A stretch of 64,000 bases of DNA from Macrostomum lignano (Eukaryota): contig NIVC01000052.1 of NCBI GenBank assembly GCA_002269645.1, positions 372,001-436,000 on the forward strand, written 5' to 3'. Position numbers and translations under genes: made by a program. Shown in pieces: positions 1 through 13,094 of the stretch (its first letter is position 1; each line of letters opens with the position of its first letter). The notes under the pieces were generated by a model. It ran no database searches, had not been told where the DNA came from, and saw only the letters and a program-made list of their open reading frames with translations.

Positions 1-1062
1 AATTTACACATCAACTTTCAATACAATAAATACAATAATAGGTACGGTATTAATGACAGTGTATTTTCGCACAAAGTAGCTACGTTCAAACCACCAGCAC
101 GTAAACAGCTAAAATTTCACTGTTTATGAAATTTTATAAAATTTAACACATCATTTTAGATATTGAAAACTTTTAAAGGAGGGTATTACTGTTGCATGTG
201 ACTATAAAATCGTGGTAGGTATAGCTGATGATGAAACTGGTGATTGGTATCTAGCTTTTTTGATAACTTAGCCGGTTAGACCCCGAAATAGCTATTGTAA
301 TTTGTAACGCTGGAGCCAAATACAAATACAATGGAGCAATTAGTTTCTCTCAAATCTGTCTCTGCCAGTGCCAGTTTAGTCCATAGTAAGTAACCAAAGT
401 AAAATACCCATTAGTGGTCCCGTTTCTAATGTTTATAAATATTAAGCTTCAGTTTACTTTTGGCACAGTATGCAATTTTGAAAATTCACCCTAATAACGG
501 TTTGCACCAGCAGGAAAGCAACTATTTTGTTGTTGGAAATCGGATTAAGCAGTCAAAAGAGTGTATTTCTATGAAAAAGGTACTTTTTTTCCATTTTTTC
601 AAATATTTAAACAGGTTTCGCTCTTTCAATAAAAAAATCATCGCAGTACCTTAAAGTACAGTTAGTTTGGAATTAGATGACGGCGTTGAATTGTTTCTTC
701 CATATTCCAAAAATTATAATGAGCACTTTTCCTCAAATCAGTTTGAGATCATGATTTTTAGTCTTTCGTCGATAACTTTCTGATTTCAAATGTTTAAGAA
801 TTGAACTCCGCAGTGAATCCATACAAAACTATACTCGTTAAATAGATCAGATTCTTCTCTTTAAAATGACACCTCACTTGTGAAATTCGCACTTGTAGTT
901 TTGAAGTTACAGCAGTTTTTGTGAGATTTTTCTTGTCATTTTTTCGATGCACACGTCTCATATTATTATATTCGTCACAAGCCAGACCACCCAATGCGCT
1001 TCGCGCATTGGCTGGCTGTTTGTTCCTCATGCTCGGCACTTTGTGCCTCGCGCGTTCGCTCC
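1..1062 (+). repeat. Direct repeat copy 1 (near-identical to 6203-7583)
   Basis: 1-805 matches 6203-7008 (1-nt homopolymer indel); 806-1062 matches 7322-7583. Copy 2 has an extra 313 bp (7009-7321). Left end lies outside the window. Confidence 0.95.
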
Positions 1063-2449
1063 TACTGGATCCTACTGAAGATACTACCAAGGAGATCAAA
1101 GTGAAACAAAGTAGATTTTAGGAATACATATATAGTACTTAGAAGGCTATGACCCTCTAATCTTGAGAACACCTAAGGATTGGATAATGAATACATAGAT
1201 AATATAATTGCTAAGACATTTAGAGATATTTTGAGTTATTTTGAGAGTTATCTATAATAAATTCTAGGCCAATAGTAGATTGCTCAGTACACAATAATAA
1301 TATTACCAAAAGAAGTAAATTTTTTAGTAAATACTTATTTTTAAAAGAAGTAAATACTTATTTTTAGATTAGTATTCAGACTTATACTTAAAATAATACT
1401 TAGACTTATACTATGACCATATTCTAAGATCTATCCTTAGAAGTTAATTATAGTTTAGTATAGCTTGGTGGCAGCAATAAGATTGAATTTTAAAAAAGGA
1501 TAGAATACCCTTTCTATGATACCAAAATTTAATTTTCATATTCGACTTAGACACATATCTTGTAAAAAGTTTTTAAATGTGACATAATGACTATTTCTTA
1601 TAAATTTAATGCTTTCTTAATATCTGAAGTGTATGCCCCCTCTATGCCTTGTTATACTTCTCTTGAATAGCCTTCTTGACCAATGTGCATTAGCACTAGT
1701 CCTTCCCAACTATTGTATAACATTGTAAGCTACATATTGGTAGTGATTCTATATAATAGCTTAGATTTGATATCTACAAGACCATGTTTTACTCTGCATA
1801 CAAGTGCATTATAATATTTTACCATCATCTAGTTTTAGTTTTAATAATTTTAGTTTACATAAATATACATTTTAGCAAAAGAAAATGACTAGTTCAATAA
1901 AAAGATAGGCTATTTATAATTGCAAATATACTAATTCACATATTATAGCTTTTAATAAATTATTTATCAATTGCCTAATATACATATATGAATAGGCTAC
2001 AATTTAATTCAAGGACATATGATTAAATGTCAATATCTTGAGCATTCTTTATTCAAAGCAGGGTTTTTATATATAGAATATACAAGCAAGCATACAAACC
2101 TTAGAGATTTAGTATATTTAGATGTATACACCTTAATTTTAAAATTGCACTTTGGAATTGAAAAGTGGATATGGTTTAGGTGTAGTCTTATAACTTATTT
2201 TTCTTTTTAAGGTTTAAGCTTTATTTAATAAGAAAAATTGAACTCTGGGCCTTTAAAATTATACTTTGAAATTAGGTATAGAGTGCAATTTTGTACCATG
2301 TCTTGGGCAAAAAACCCAGATCTAAATGAACAATGATATTGAAGGCTAACATTGAAAGCTAAATTTCTAAGCTTAGTAAGATAGCCTTCCATTTTGTATT
2401 CTAATATTCTTATACAACTATTATATAAGGAAAATTGACTTATTAATAA

Positions 2450-3128
2450 TAGAGCTGTCAAAATTAGAGATTTTATTCGAGACAAGATTCGAGACTAGAA
2501 AGGCTTATAAGTCAAGAATTTCAAGACGAGACAAGACAAAGTAAATCTAAAAAATATATTTCAGAATTTCATCTTGTCTTGCTCTTATCTTGCTTTATCT
2601 TGTCTTAAATTTCTTGATAAGATACAATTCTAAAATATATTTTTTAGATTTTCCAGAATACTTTCTTAATTCTAGTTTAAATTCTTTGCTATTTATTCAT
2701 AAGAATTTATGCTTGTAGGCAGCATATAGGCCCTTGGCCCTACTATGTCTATTATTAATTCGTCAAAAGACCTGTGTAGATTGTCTGCTATGATACACCT
2801 TGTTGTAGAACTGAAATGATAACTAAAAGAGCGCATATGCAATGCAAACTCGTATATAATGACGTTTGTTAAATAACTGCTCGACATTGGCTAGATTTTA
2901 CCATTTGAAAATTTCCCTATCAAGCGTGTTACAACAAACAGTTGTATTTATATGAAAATTTGCTCCCCTTTTTATATCTTATCACTTAAAAGCTTTTGAA
3001 AAAAGGTATCAGAAAAGTTCTTGAATCTCGTCTCAAATTTCTTGACAAAATTTGAGATTTCTCGAGATGAGAAAAATGTCGAGATCTTGTCTCGAATCTT
3101 GTCTCGTCAAGATCTCGTGACAGCTCTA
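2450..3128. mobile_element. hAT-like non-autonomous element (MITE)
   Basis: TIR TAGAGCTGTCA (2450-2460) / TGACAGCTCTA (3118-3128); subterminal CGAGAC/GTCTCG repeats at both ends; no clean TSD. Confidence 0.7.
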
Positions 3129-3671
3129 AAATAATATTTAGCTGATTATATAAGGACAATTGCAATGATTCTAGTGCAAAGCACATCAAAAGTATGACTG
3201 CATATTTGTAGATCTTTGGCAAGAGCACCATTTGGCTTTGGTCTACACTCAACTAAAAGCATATTGGAGAAATATATTTGGTTGAATATACCTTAGCTTT
3301 GTAATGTAATTATCATAGACATAGGCTTTAATAATATTACCAATGAATAAATTTTGTTTTATTTGCTAAGATTGTTTTTATTAATTGTTTGTTTTATTTA
3401 GTCAATTATTTTTTAATATGTTAAAAATGGTTACTGCAAATGACAAAATGGTTATTGCAAAAGCCTTCTTTGCCATTATGGACTGTTTTTGTAAAATTTT
3501 TGTCAAAGTGGATTGAATCCCTTGGTATAGGGCCAGTATAAAAAATATTATTTATATATTTAGGTGTATATTAGTTAAGGTATATACTAGTTAAATTTGG
3601 CCTAGGCCTAGCCATATCTTTTTGAGATTTTTTATGGTTAGGTTTAGCTTAGTCAGATCTAGGCCTAGCAT

Positions 3672-4312
3672 GGTTGATGGTCATTTCGTCTGCCGCCTTT
3701 TCGTCTGCCAATATACGATATAGTCGTTTCGTCTGCCAATATATATAATATATAAATCGGAATAACTAATTATATCATCAAGCTTTGCATGGAAGTGTAA
3801 TGTAAATGTCTTATTAATTATAATTTATTATAATGCTAGGATTTTTCTGAAAGTTCCGGAGCTAATATGTTGCATATGAATACACAAAGCCAGAAGCAAA
3901 TATCTCCAACCGTTTGGAGAATTGCATGTCCGATGCTGCCATTTGTTGCACAAAGTCGCACAGTAGCGCATGTTGTCTGGGTCGTACAGTCTGTTTACAA
4001 ATTACGCATGCGTCCATGGTGAAAAATTATCAATAACTCAGAAAATAACTTCGCATTGATGCGTCGAAAGTATTATATAGGTTAGTTAGGTTTCGTAGAA
4101 AATGAAAAAAAAGAAAATGTATCAATATAAATAAGAAAACATACTTAAAACTTGCTTATACTAATTTATTTTAATTCCCTACATAAAAAATACTAAATAA
4201 GTGAACCAAAATAAACATAAATAAAAAAGTTGTTTCGTCTGCTAAAATTCTTTGGTGGCAATCTTCTTTGGTCGCTGCTAAAAAAAGGCGGCAGATGAAA
4301 TGACCGCAGACC
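3672..4312. mobile_element. MITE with ~30-bp TIRs and 8-bp TSD (Merlin/MULE-like, superfamily uncertain)
   Basis: GGTCATTTCGTCTGCCGCCTTTT (3679-3701) vs AAAAGGCGGCAGATGAAATGACC (4283-4305), 1 mismatch; CCTAGCAT flanks both ends (3664-3671, 4313-4320). Confidence 0.8.
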
Positions 4313-4543
4313 CCTAGCATTAAACTAGTTAATGAAGACAAAGTCTTTTCGCCCCAGTGAGCTTTGGGGTTGGAATTTTATAATACCTAGTGTTGTATCG
4401 ATTATTTAAAGACTTTCAAGGCATTATTAACGCTGATGCTCCTAATATTTTGCGTCGTGTCATACATAAAGTTAGCCTAATAGATAAAGTAGGGCGAGAG
4501 TTGTAAAATGTCTCTAACGTCAAATGATTTATAGGAAGGGAAT

Positions 4544-5322
4544 TAGGGATGTCGATTCCCCAGGGAATTATCTTATCGGGGACCCCGGTGAAAAGAAAAA
4601 ATAAGTTAAAACGGCGGATCACTTAGATTGTAAGTGGAATTTTTTAAACTTTGATTTAAGCTTTGTACTACATGTTCAAGGCGCAGGGGTAAAAATTTTA
4701 AACAAAGTTTTTTTAAACTGTATTTGACAATGTGGCATCACGAAATCGTGCGCGCACCTTTATCGGAAAAGTGCATTTGTTGGAATGCATGCTAAACAGC
4801 TACGCTCGTGAGAGGATAATTAATGAATGAGACTGTTTTTATAATCGGAATTTTATTTCTTGCATATATATGTAAATCACCATTTTGTCCTTGTCTAATA
4901 GGGAGTATATGTATGACACCCCCCTATGCGTCAGTGCCTGACGCATGACGCAGCGCTGCGCCTGCGTCAAGCCGTCAACGCAGACCAACACAGCAGTCAC
5001 TAGTCAGTAAGGCTTCTTTTTCCTGACGGGTTTCTTTTCTACGTGCAATTTGCTTGATTGAATGACTTATTAGTGAAAAAACAATCAAACGTGTGTTGTG
5101 TTTCAAATACATGTAATGCATTGAAATAAGCAATTATGCGGTAAAAGAGCATAGACAGAGTTTCAATCAGCTTTCTGTGAATCAGTTTCTTATTTTAATG
5201 GCAAAAATTAAGTTACAAATGCATTTTTTCATATTTTTTCTCCCCAGGGTCCCCGGTTAAATTCCCCGGAGAGTATTCCCCGACAAGCTCCCCGGGGAGC
5301 ACTCCCGGGGTCAACATCCCTA
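4544..5322. mobile_element. hAT-like MITE
   Basis: TIR TAGGGATGTCGA ... GTCAACATCCCTA; CCCCGGGG subterminal repeats; 8-bp TSD GAAGGGAA (4535-4542, 5323-5330) with one extra T on the left. Confidence 0.75.
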
Positions 5323-6202
5323 GAAGGGAAACTACGAGCATAAGTTCTGCAACACATATACAAGTAGCTAAGCATTAATAGACGCACTGCACCGATAAAA
5401 TGTAATGGAATTGCTCGAATCACCGACACCAAGACCCATAAAACTGGAGAAACTGGCAGGATATAGTAGATACATGTAGGTCAGAATCAGAAGTGATCAT
5501 GGGTGGGTGGGTCAAGTGATCATGGGTTCGACCTCGATTGTATTATTCCTTCTTAATCTTATGCAATTAATTGTAAATTAGGTATGAAGTAACAGTAATT
5601 ATCCTTGACCATGCTAGAGTAAAGACAAGTCAAAGTCAAGTTAATAAAATAGACACACAGTGTAACAATAACAATGGTTTTTAGAGCCATTTTTCTTGTC
5701 TGTGTTTGTCTTTGTACATACATGTACATTTGGGAAGACTTATCTGGACCCAATCCCTTCTTATTCTACATGTACGCTGTTTTGGGTATGGGGGTTAGAG
5801 TTGGGCCGTCTGACACCCCCCTCCCCCCCTACCATAGTGGACTGGAGAGAAAGAAGCACATGCTATCGCTATTGGCTAGCCTGTCGTTCTCTTTCTCTTT
5901 ACCTTCTGTCTTGTGTAGCGTACACTATCCAATGCACAAGGCCCAACTTTCCACTAAAGGAAGGTTCATATAGTCCGCCCATGGGCTTCCTCTTGCTTTC
6001 GCGTACACTCAAGGCCACTCACTCTCAACACCAGCCACTAGAGGCTTGTTTTAAATAATCGATCGATAATATTAAATGTACACTTGAAAGCTTGCTTTGG
6101 ATCCTAGCAGAAGGGGGAGAAAGTGGCCAAGGCCACCACACCACACAAGGCAGGCAGGCCGGCCCGAGTGCGATAACGAATGACAAAAAAATAGAAAAGT
6201 AC

Positions 6203-7663
6203 AATTTACACATCAACTTTCAATACAATAAATACAATAATAGGTACGGTATTAATGACAGTGTATTTTCGCACAAAGTAGCTACGTTCAAACCACCAGC
6301 ACGTAAACAGCTAAAATTTCACTGTTTATGAAATTTTATAAAATTTAACACATCATTTTAGATATTGAAAACTTTTAAAGGAGGGTATTACTGTTGCATG
6401 TGACTATAAAATCGTGGTAGGTATAGCTGATGATGAAACTGGTGATTGGTATCTAGCTTTTTTGATAACTTAGCCGGTTAGACCCCGAAATAGCTATTGT
6501 AATTTGTAACGCTGGAGCCAAATACAAATACAATGGAGCAATTAGTTTCTCTCAAATCTGTCTCTGCCAGTGCCAGTTTAGTCCATAGTAAGTAACCAAA
6601 GTAAAATACCCATTAGTGGTCCCGTTTCTAATGTTTATAAATATTAAGCTTCAGTTTACTTTTGGCACAGTATGCAATTTTGAAAATTCACCCTAATAAC
6701 GGTTTGCACCAGCAGGAAAGCAACTATTTTGTTGTTGGAAATCGGATTAAGCAGTCAAAAGAGTGTATTTCTATGAAAAAAGGTACTTTTTTTCCATTTT
6801 TTCAAATATTTAAACAGGTTTCGCTCTTTCAATAAAAAAATCATCGCAGTACCTTAAAGTACAGTTAGTTTGGAATTAGATGACGGCGTTGAATTGTTTC
6901 TTCCATATTCCAAAAATTATAATGAGCACTTTTCCTCAAATCAGTTTGAGATCATGATTTTTAGTCTTTCGTCGATAACTTTCTGATTTCAAATGTTTAA
7001 GAATTGAAAACTTCCACACTTGTGTGTGTATCTTTGAATTGCGCATCAATTGGTGCATAGTATGTATGCTTAACTATTAGCAGTATAGAAAAAAATGCAA
7101 AAAACTGTAAAAGTACATTTTCAATTTTTGCATTTTTTGCAACCAAAGTGCCGACTTTTTGATACAATTGAAAAAAACAACCCAATAATGTTATGCATCT
7201 TAGTAAGGCGCACCTATAACCCTCGAACATTTTTAGCTCGAGTTTTAATGTGCATGAGGAAATGCACTTTTGTAAAGACATAATCTTAAGACAAACATTT
7301 CAACTGAAGCCTGTTCCTTTTCTCCGCAGTGAATCCATACAAAACTATACTCGTTAAATAGATCAGATTCTTCTCTTTAAAATGACACCTCACTTGTGAA
7401 ATTCGCACTTGTAGTTTTGAAGTTACAGCAGTTTTTGTGAGATTTTTCTTGTCATTTTTTCGATGCACACGTCTCATATTATTATATTCGTCACAAGCCA
7501 GACCACCCAATGCGCTTCGCTTCGCGCATTGGCTGGCTGTTTGTTCCTCATGCTCGGCACTTTGTGCCTCGCGCGTTCGCTCCGCTCACCCCACAAACCC
7601 AAGGACACGCGCTTCGCGCGTGTCCTTGGGTTTGTGGGTTTCGCGGAGCTCACTGGGAACTAG
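6203..7663 (+). repeat. Direct repeat copy 2, ending in a perfect 23-bp hairpin and CTAG
   Basis: Matches 1-1062; hairpin at 7590-7638; CTAG at 7660-7663. Confidence 0.9.
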
Positions 7664-10600
7664 GCTAGGCTAGAAGATGAGGATATGTATTTTTTATAAA
7701 AATCAAGGGCTTAATAGAACACTTCTTAGGCCCCCCTAACTTAAATTAAAATGCAAAATTTTATAGATCTAGGCCAGAAAAGAGAAGTCTGTATCATGCC
7801 ATTAACTATCCCTAAAAAAGAATCAAGCTGGGATGATGGCATCATGGGATCATGCCATCAAGACAAGATTGATATCAAGATTTAATAATCAAAAATACAA
7901 TACCACTGCCACTGTAACAAGTTAGGCCTAATAACATGTCATACAATTATCGCAGCACAGATACAAAGCTAAAGGGGTATAGTATAATGTGAACTCTTGT
8001 TTTTTAGTTTCGACGCGAAAAAAACATTCTTTTTCTTTTTTATTAGATTAGGGGCTAGCAATAAACACTACCGAATTTTCTTTTTCAGGTAAAGCATAAT
8101 TTTCATAATAGATAGCGTTTACATAAAATTATAAAAATTACATAAGTCTGCAAGCAGGGCAAGCAGAACGGATAATTCTAATTTATAGTAACAATAACAA
8201 TACAACAATCCCACGACTCTAATGTAAGCGTGTAATAATGCAGGCTCCTAGGCCTACCCTCAAAAAGTAGTTGAGAGCAGGGCTTAGTAATACGTAAAAA
8301 AGAAGTTATACTCCGGAAACTTTCATTTGCATTCTTATAAAGAGATGTAAAGAAAAAAATCAGTAATAAATTTTATAATCTAATTAATTATTATGCAGAT
8401 TAGTGACTCACTCCTTGTCTAAATTTTATTGTACAAGATTTGCAGCTTGTTATAACAATAAAAAGTAATAGATCATATATTTATATTATTGAAATCAAGA
8501 TCTTGATAAAACTAGCAAGAGTAGTCTAGAGCTGACTCTAACTCTCTTCTTTAAACAATTATAAAGTTATTGCTTTTAGCACAGGCAAAAATTTGTTGTA
8601 ACTTTTTTGTGTAAAATTTTAAATCGTAGCATTCTACGAAAGTGGAAGTTTCTAATACCGTCGGTTTTTTGGTTTTTCGATTTATAAATTTCTTCTTCGC
8701 ATACGCATTATGTTTAAGAAAATAAAAAGGCGTAACAGGTCTGATACTGCTAAAGAATCTACTGTCCGACAAGGTGGGTGATGTAATATTTCTATTAATT
8801 TTTTTATGGAAATTGGCTTTTAGTGTAGCAGGCCTGTTTCCTCTATCTCTCAGAATCCCACTAAATGCCACAGAGTTGTTACAGGCCTAATCGCTGCCTA
8901 CTGAGATCCTACCAATTAGTCACCAAGTTGTTGCATCTTTATATCTATTTCTGCCTATTTAATCCTACTCAGCTGTACTAATATGCACTAAATTTGCTAT
9001 TTCCTAGAATCCTATTTCTATACTTACATGTACTTTTACGATATGGGCTATCGTTGCTACAAATTACCCTTGGTAGCTTCAGTGCCCGAGCGGCAAGACA
9101 CTGCTGACTACTGCTAAATTCCTACTCTACAGTCCAAACACGGCATTTACCACAGACCGAGGGGTTTCCTGCTTCTTTTATTACTGTCTCTCACAACTTA
9201 GAACTGCATCACGCTAATCTGGAGCAACCTGAAAAATTTCTCCCTTCCTAGGTAATCCAACCTTCACACTGGGTATTCCACCCTTCTACACCGGGTATTC
9301 CACCCTTCTACACTGGGTATTCCATTGCACCCTTTACACTGGGTATTCCACCCTCTTTACTGGCAATCCCTGCTTATCACTGTACTGGCAAAACCCTCTT
9401 TGCTATCCAACACGGTAACTTAGTCTGCAATACTGCTTCAAAGGACTAATTCAGAAGAACCAAGAAATCTTAATTTCCTGTTAACTGAGTTAGGAACCCA
9501 AAAGGTTGAGGTTGAGGTTAAAAAAATGTTCTTTTTGCCTTGTATTTATAGTGGTTAAATAGTTAACATCTTGTCATGCATTAAAACAACATCAAACTAA
9601 AACAAATTATTTCGCCTTACTAAAACAAAATGGTACATTAAAACAAATTATACAATAGTTGTTATTTTGGCAGGAATTTAATTTCGCAAAAAATACTAAA
9701 TTTCTAAAAATAAACATAGCCATAGGCCCTTCTACATTAGCTATAATACAATATTATCAATATTTCTCGTTTCTTAATTGCTAGGAACTTTAAATTATGT
9801 GCAACATGCCATAAAATTTTTAACATGCAATTTTTTTCGACGTTGGTAATATTGCTATTGTATTAGTACTAGCTAGGCCCTACCAGGGGTCAGGCAAGAT
9901 CTCAATCTCAAGTTAAAAGATTAAGTCATTGTAAGATACTCACTTCAAAAGGGAAAATATCATATCATGTTTACCATAGTTTGAAAGGCGATATATATAC
10001 TGGGAACAAGGGTCTTACCATTTTTAGCATACATTATCCATACAAATGGGGTTGGAAATGTGCCATGCTAGTGCATTCTGGTGCAACAGCTAGGATGAGC
10101 TGGCAAAGAAAAAAATCTGGTGCAGTATAGCGTAAGACAAAAAATTGGCACAATATGATGCAAAACAAAATTCCAATGAGACATTATTTTCTCTGACAGA
10201 AAATTAGCATATAATTTCTTTTTATTAGCACTATTAGTTTGCTAGTATATTGACAGCTTTTAAAAATTAATTTATGTTAACATTGCATTTTCTATGAAGC
10301 AGATTCAAATATAGTGAGGTGGGGGTGGAGAAGAGAAATAGTTCCTTGGTAGGATCGGTTGGGTTTTGAAAATTTGCTAACACCAGTAAGGTGAGGCAGA
10401 TTCCTCATTTGAATCTCCGCCGGCATAGAGTTTACACGAATAACTCCAGAAAATTTGTCGAATTGATGCACTGAGTCTTCTCCTTGGATACTCCATCTGC
10501 CGGGTCCTCAATTCCAGGGGGAGGGTAGTCATGCCATAGTCGAACAGTCTTGTAGCGGCTGGGTCGTTCAAGTGATGAAACACCGGAGATTTTCTGACTT

Positions 10601-11380
10601 CATAAGAAGATGCGTAGAGTGCTGAACTCGTTACTTTCAGTAGGGTAGTTGCTGCCACCACCGTAATTTACGTATTACGGAACATTAATCGGTCTCAGAG
10701 AGACTTTGGTTATTTTACGCCCTACGGGCAATGACTCAAGATAGACTATGGCTTAATGTCAACGTAATATTAATGAATGGATAAATTGAAGTTAACTTAA
10801 GTTTATTTAATAGAATGGAGCAGGCTAAATTGTTTTGTAATATATTATACGACGGTAGATGTCACGCTAGTGCCGGAGGCACAAACTATAAAAGTAATAT
10901 ACTAGAGAGTAGTAGAGGGTGCCGAATTGGTATCGGACAACACAAGCGCACCCGTAAAACAGAGAATAAGTTGTCGCTGAAACTTACTATAAATAAACAC
11001 TTATTATAAAATTAAGGAGCCCGAGGCAGGGGTTTTTCAGCAAGCACAAAAACACATATTATTATATAGAAAAATTAAAAGGTGTTAACCAAGGAGTGGG
11101 AAAACAATAAACAGGGAAGGGAAACAGTGGATGGATCAACCGTGAAACACAGGAAAAGTGGGAAAACAAGCAAAAAGGGCAACCGCAGGAAGAGCAAAAC
11201 CTGGGACGGGAGGACGAAAACACCAGGGGCAGGAAGAGAAATGACGCCAAAGTTCCCGGGTTAGGAGGGCAAAAATCCCGGGAAATAACGTAATTGCAAA
11301 ATTAGTTTTCAATTGTCAGTTAATCTCACAGTGGCATCCCCCTGCCACAATAGGTTTTACCAGTATTTTTCAAATAAAAA

Positions 11381-12830
11381 TTATAGATTTTTGCTTTTTT
11401 TAAAAAAGCTAGATGTACAGCATGAGCAAACTTTTTTACAATTCATGCATGGCATAGGCACACTTTTTTGATAGGGTTTGTTCTGGCAAGTAGCACAATC
11501 AAGCTTTTTTAATAGGATTTGTTCCGGCACAGGCATGGCATGATCTTGACTATAGCATGGCTCTGACAGTAGTGGCATATCAAAAAATTTAGTATGTACT
11601 GCTTTGTGGAGCATACCAAAAAACTTTGCTGACTCTGTAGTATATGCCAACATTTTCTGGTATACATTTGAAAAACCTCAAAATGCAAAGCATGCAAATT
11701 AAAAAATATTTAGTTGTCAGTGTGCATAGTTGTCATGCAGTGTACATGTCATAGCATGATTGTGTATATGTATAGTATATATGATTATTTATTTTATAGA
11801 TTTATATTCTATTTAAAAAATTGAATCAGACCTTCTCTATGAGATTACAGTCTTTCTCCCTCTTAGTCTATTGGCACATATTATGTATTTATTTGGCATC
11901 AGTGTGCAATCGTAAATTTGGTTTAGTGTATTCTAGTATGCACTCAGCATGATCTAGACTTGGGATTACTAATTAAAAATAGTATGCAATGTTTTTTACT
12001 GCTTTCAAATTCAAAAGTTAAGTGAATATTTACAAAACAAGAAAAAACTTCTTTATAACTCTTCCTTCTCTATAAAGCTTTCACTTGTTCTAGCACTAGA
12101 GTGACTTGATAGCATAGTGTCTAAAACTTGTCTGTAAAAGACCTAAAGCTGATAGGTGTTTTGGCTAAGACAAATAAGAAATAAAAAGTAATTAGATCAA
12201 CTATCCCGTTTTTAAAAAAGTATTTTTTTGCTATTGTCTTCTAGATAAAACATATTAAGTAAATAAAAATTCAAATAGAACCATCTAAATACTCTTAAGA
12301 TATACTGTATACTTGCTTAAACCTATCTACAATATGGCCTATCATTACTTAGGAATGTATAGTCTAGACTAGAATTTTAGAATTCTTTCTAGACTTTCTG
12401 GACTTAAAACTATATGATAGCACTTGTATATTTAAAAGTTGGATAAATAGCTTTTTGTAACCATATATGAAATTTTATGAAATAACAATTGTAGTTATAA
12501 AACAAAAATATTTAGTACACGAAGCTAAAACACAAAAAATTGAAAGTATAGAATTTACAATTTTATATTAGGCCCCTATATGTATTGCATATCATTAATG
12601 AAGCAAAGCATGAGGACACAGTTTAATTGTGATGGTTTTGCATGGCATGTCCTCTCTTCAAATGGCAAACTATTGAGTCTAGTAATCTTGTGAAATATAT
12701 AAATATTTGCAGTTGAACATCTAAACTAGGGAATATTATATAGCATACTTTTCTCCACCTTTCTATACTTTTTTTAGCCTCATCATCATCCTCATCAGAT
12801 GGCAGCTCGGACAATCATTCTGAAAATGAG
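11381..12830 (-). pseudogene. Degenerate DNA-transposon coding relic (possibly ISL2EU/PIF-Harbinger-like)
   Basis: Broken minus-strand frames with TAA/TAG stops: FLFVLAKTPISFRSFTDKF (HTH-like), LVIPSLDHAECILEYTKP, HFEVFQMYTRKCWHILQS, and a Cys-rich CATC..CMNC..CSCC stretch. Similarity judged by eye only. Confidence 0.3.
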
Positions 12831-13094
12831 TCCTCAGTGACCACAAAGAGGAAACTACCTGATCGGGGTATTATGGCTCAGTGTGTAAGCTTTTGATGTT
12901 TACATTTTGTTGGCTTCCTGTTTTTTCCATGAAGTTAAGAAACAAATATAAACTCATATGGTTTATTGGAATTATATAACATTTCAAAATAGTCAAGCCT
13001 ACACATACTAGTAATAGTAGTTATTATTGTTGTCAAACTGAAATATTGAATTGTAGTAGCAGACTGCATTAGAGGAGGACCAGGACCAGGACCA

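Noticed and set aside
225-237. Hammerhead ribozyme core CTGATGA-T-GAAAC (also near 6427)
   Set aside because: Only 1 nt lies between the conserved boxes, so stem II cannot form.
10377-10661. 94-aa minus-strand ORF
   Set aside because: No recognisable domain or splice context; likely a TE fragment.
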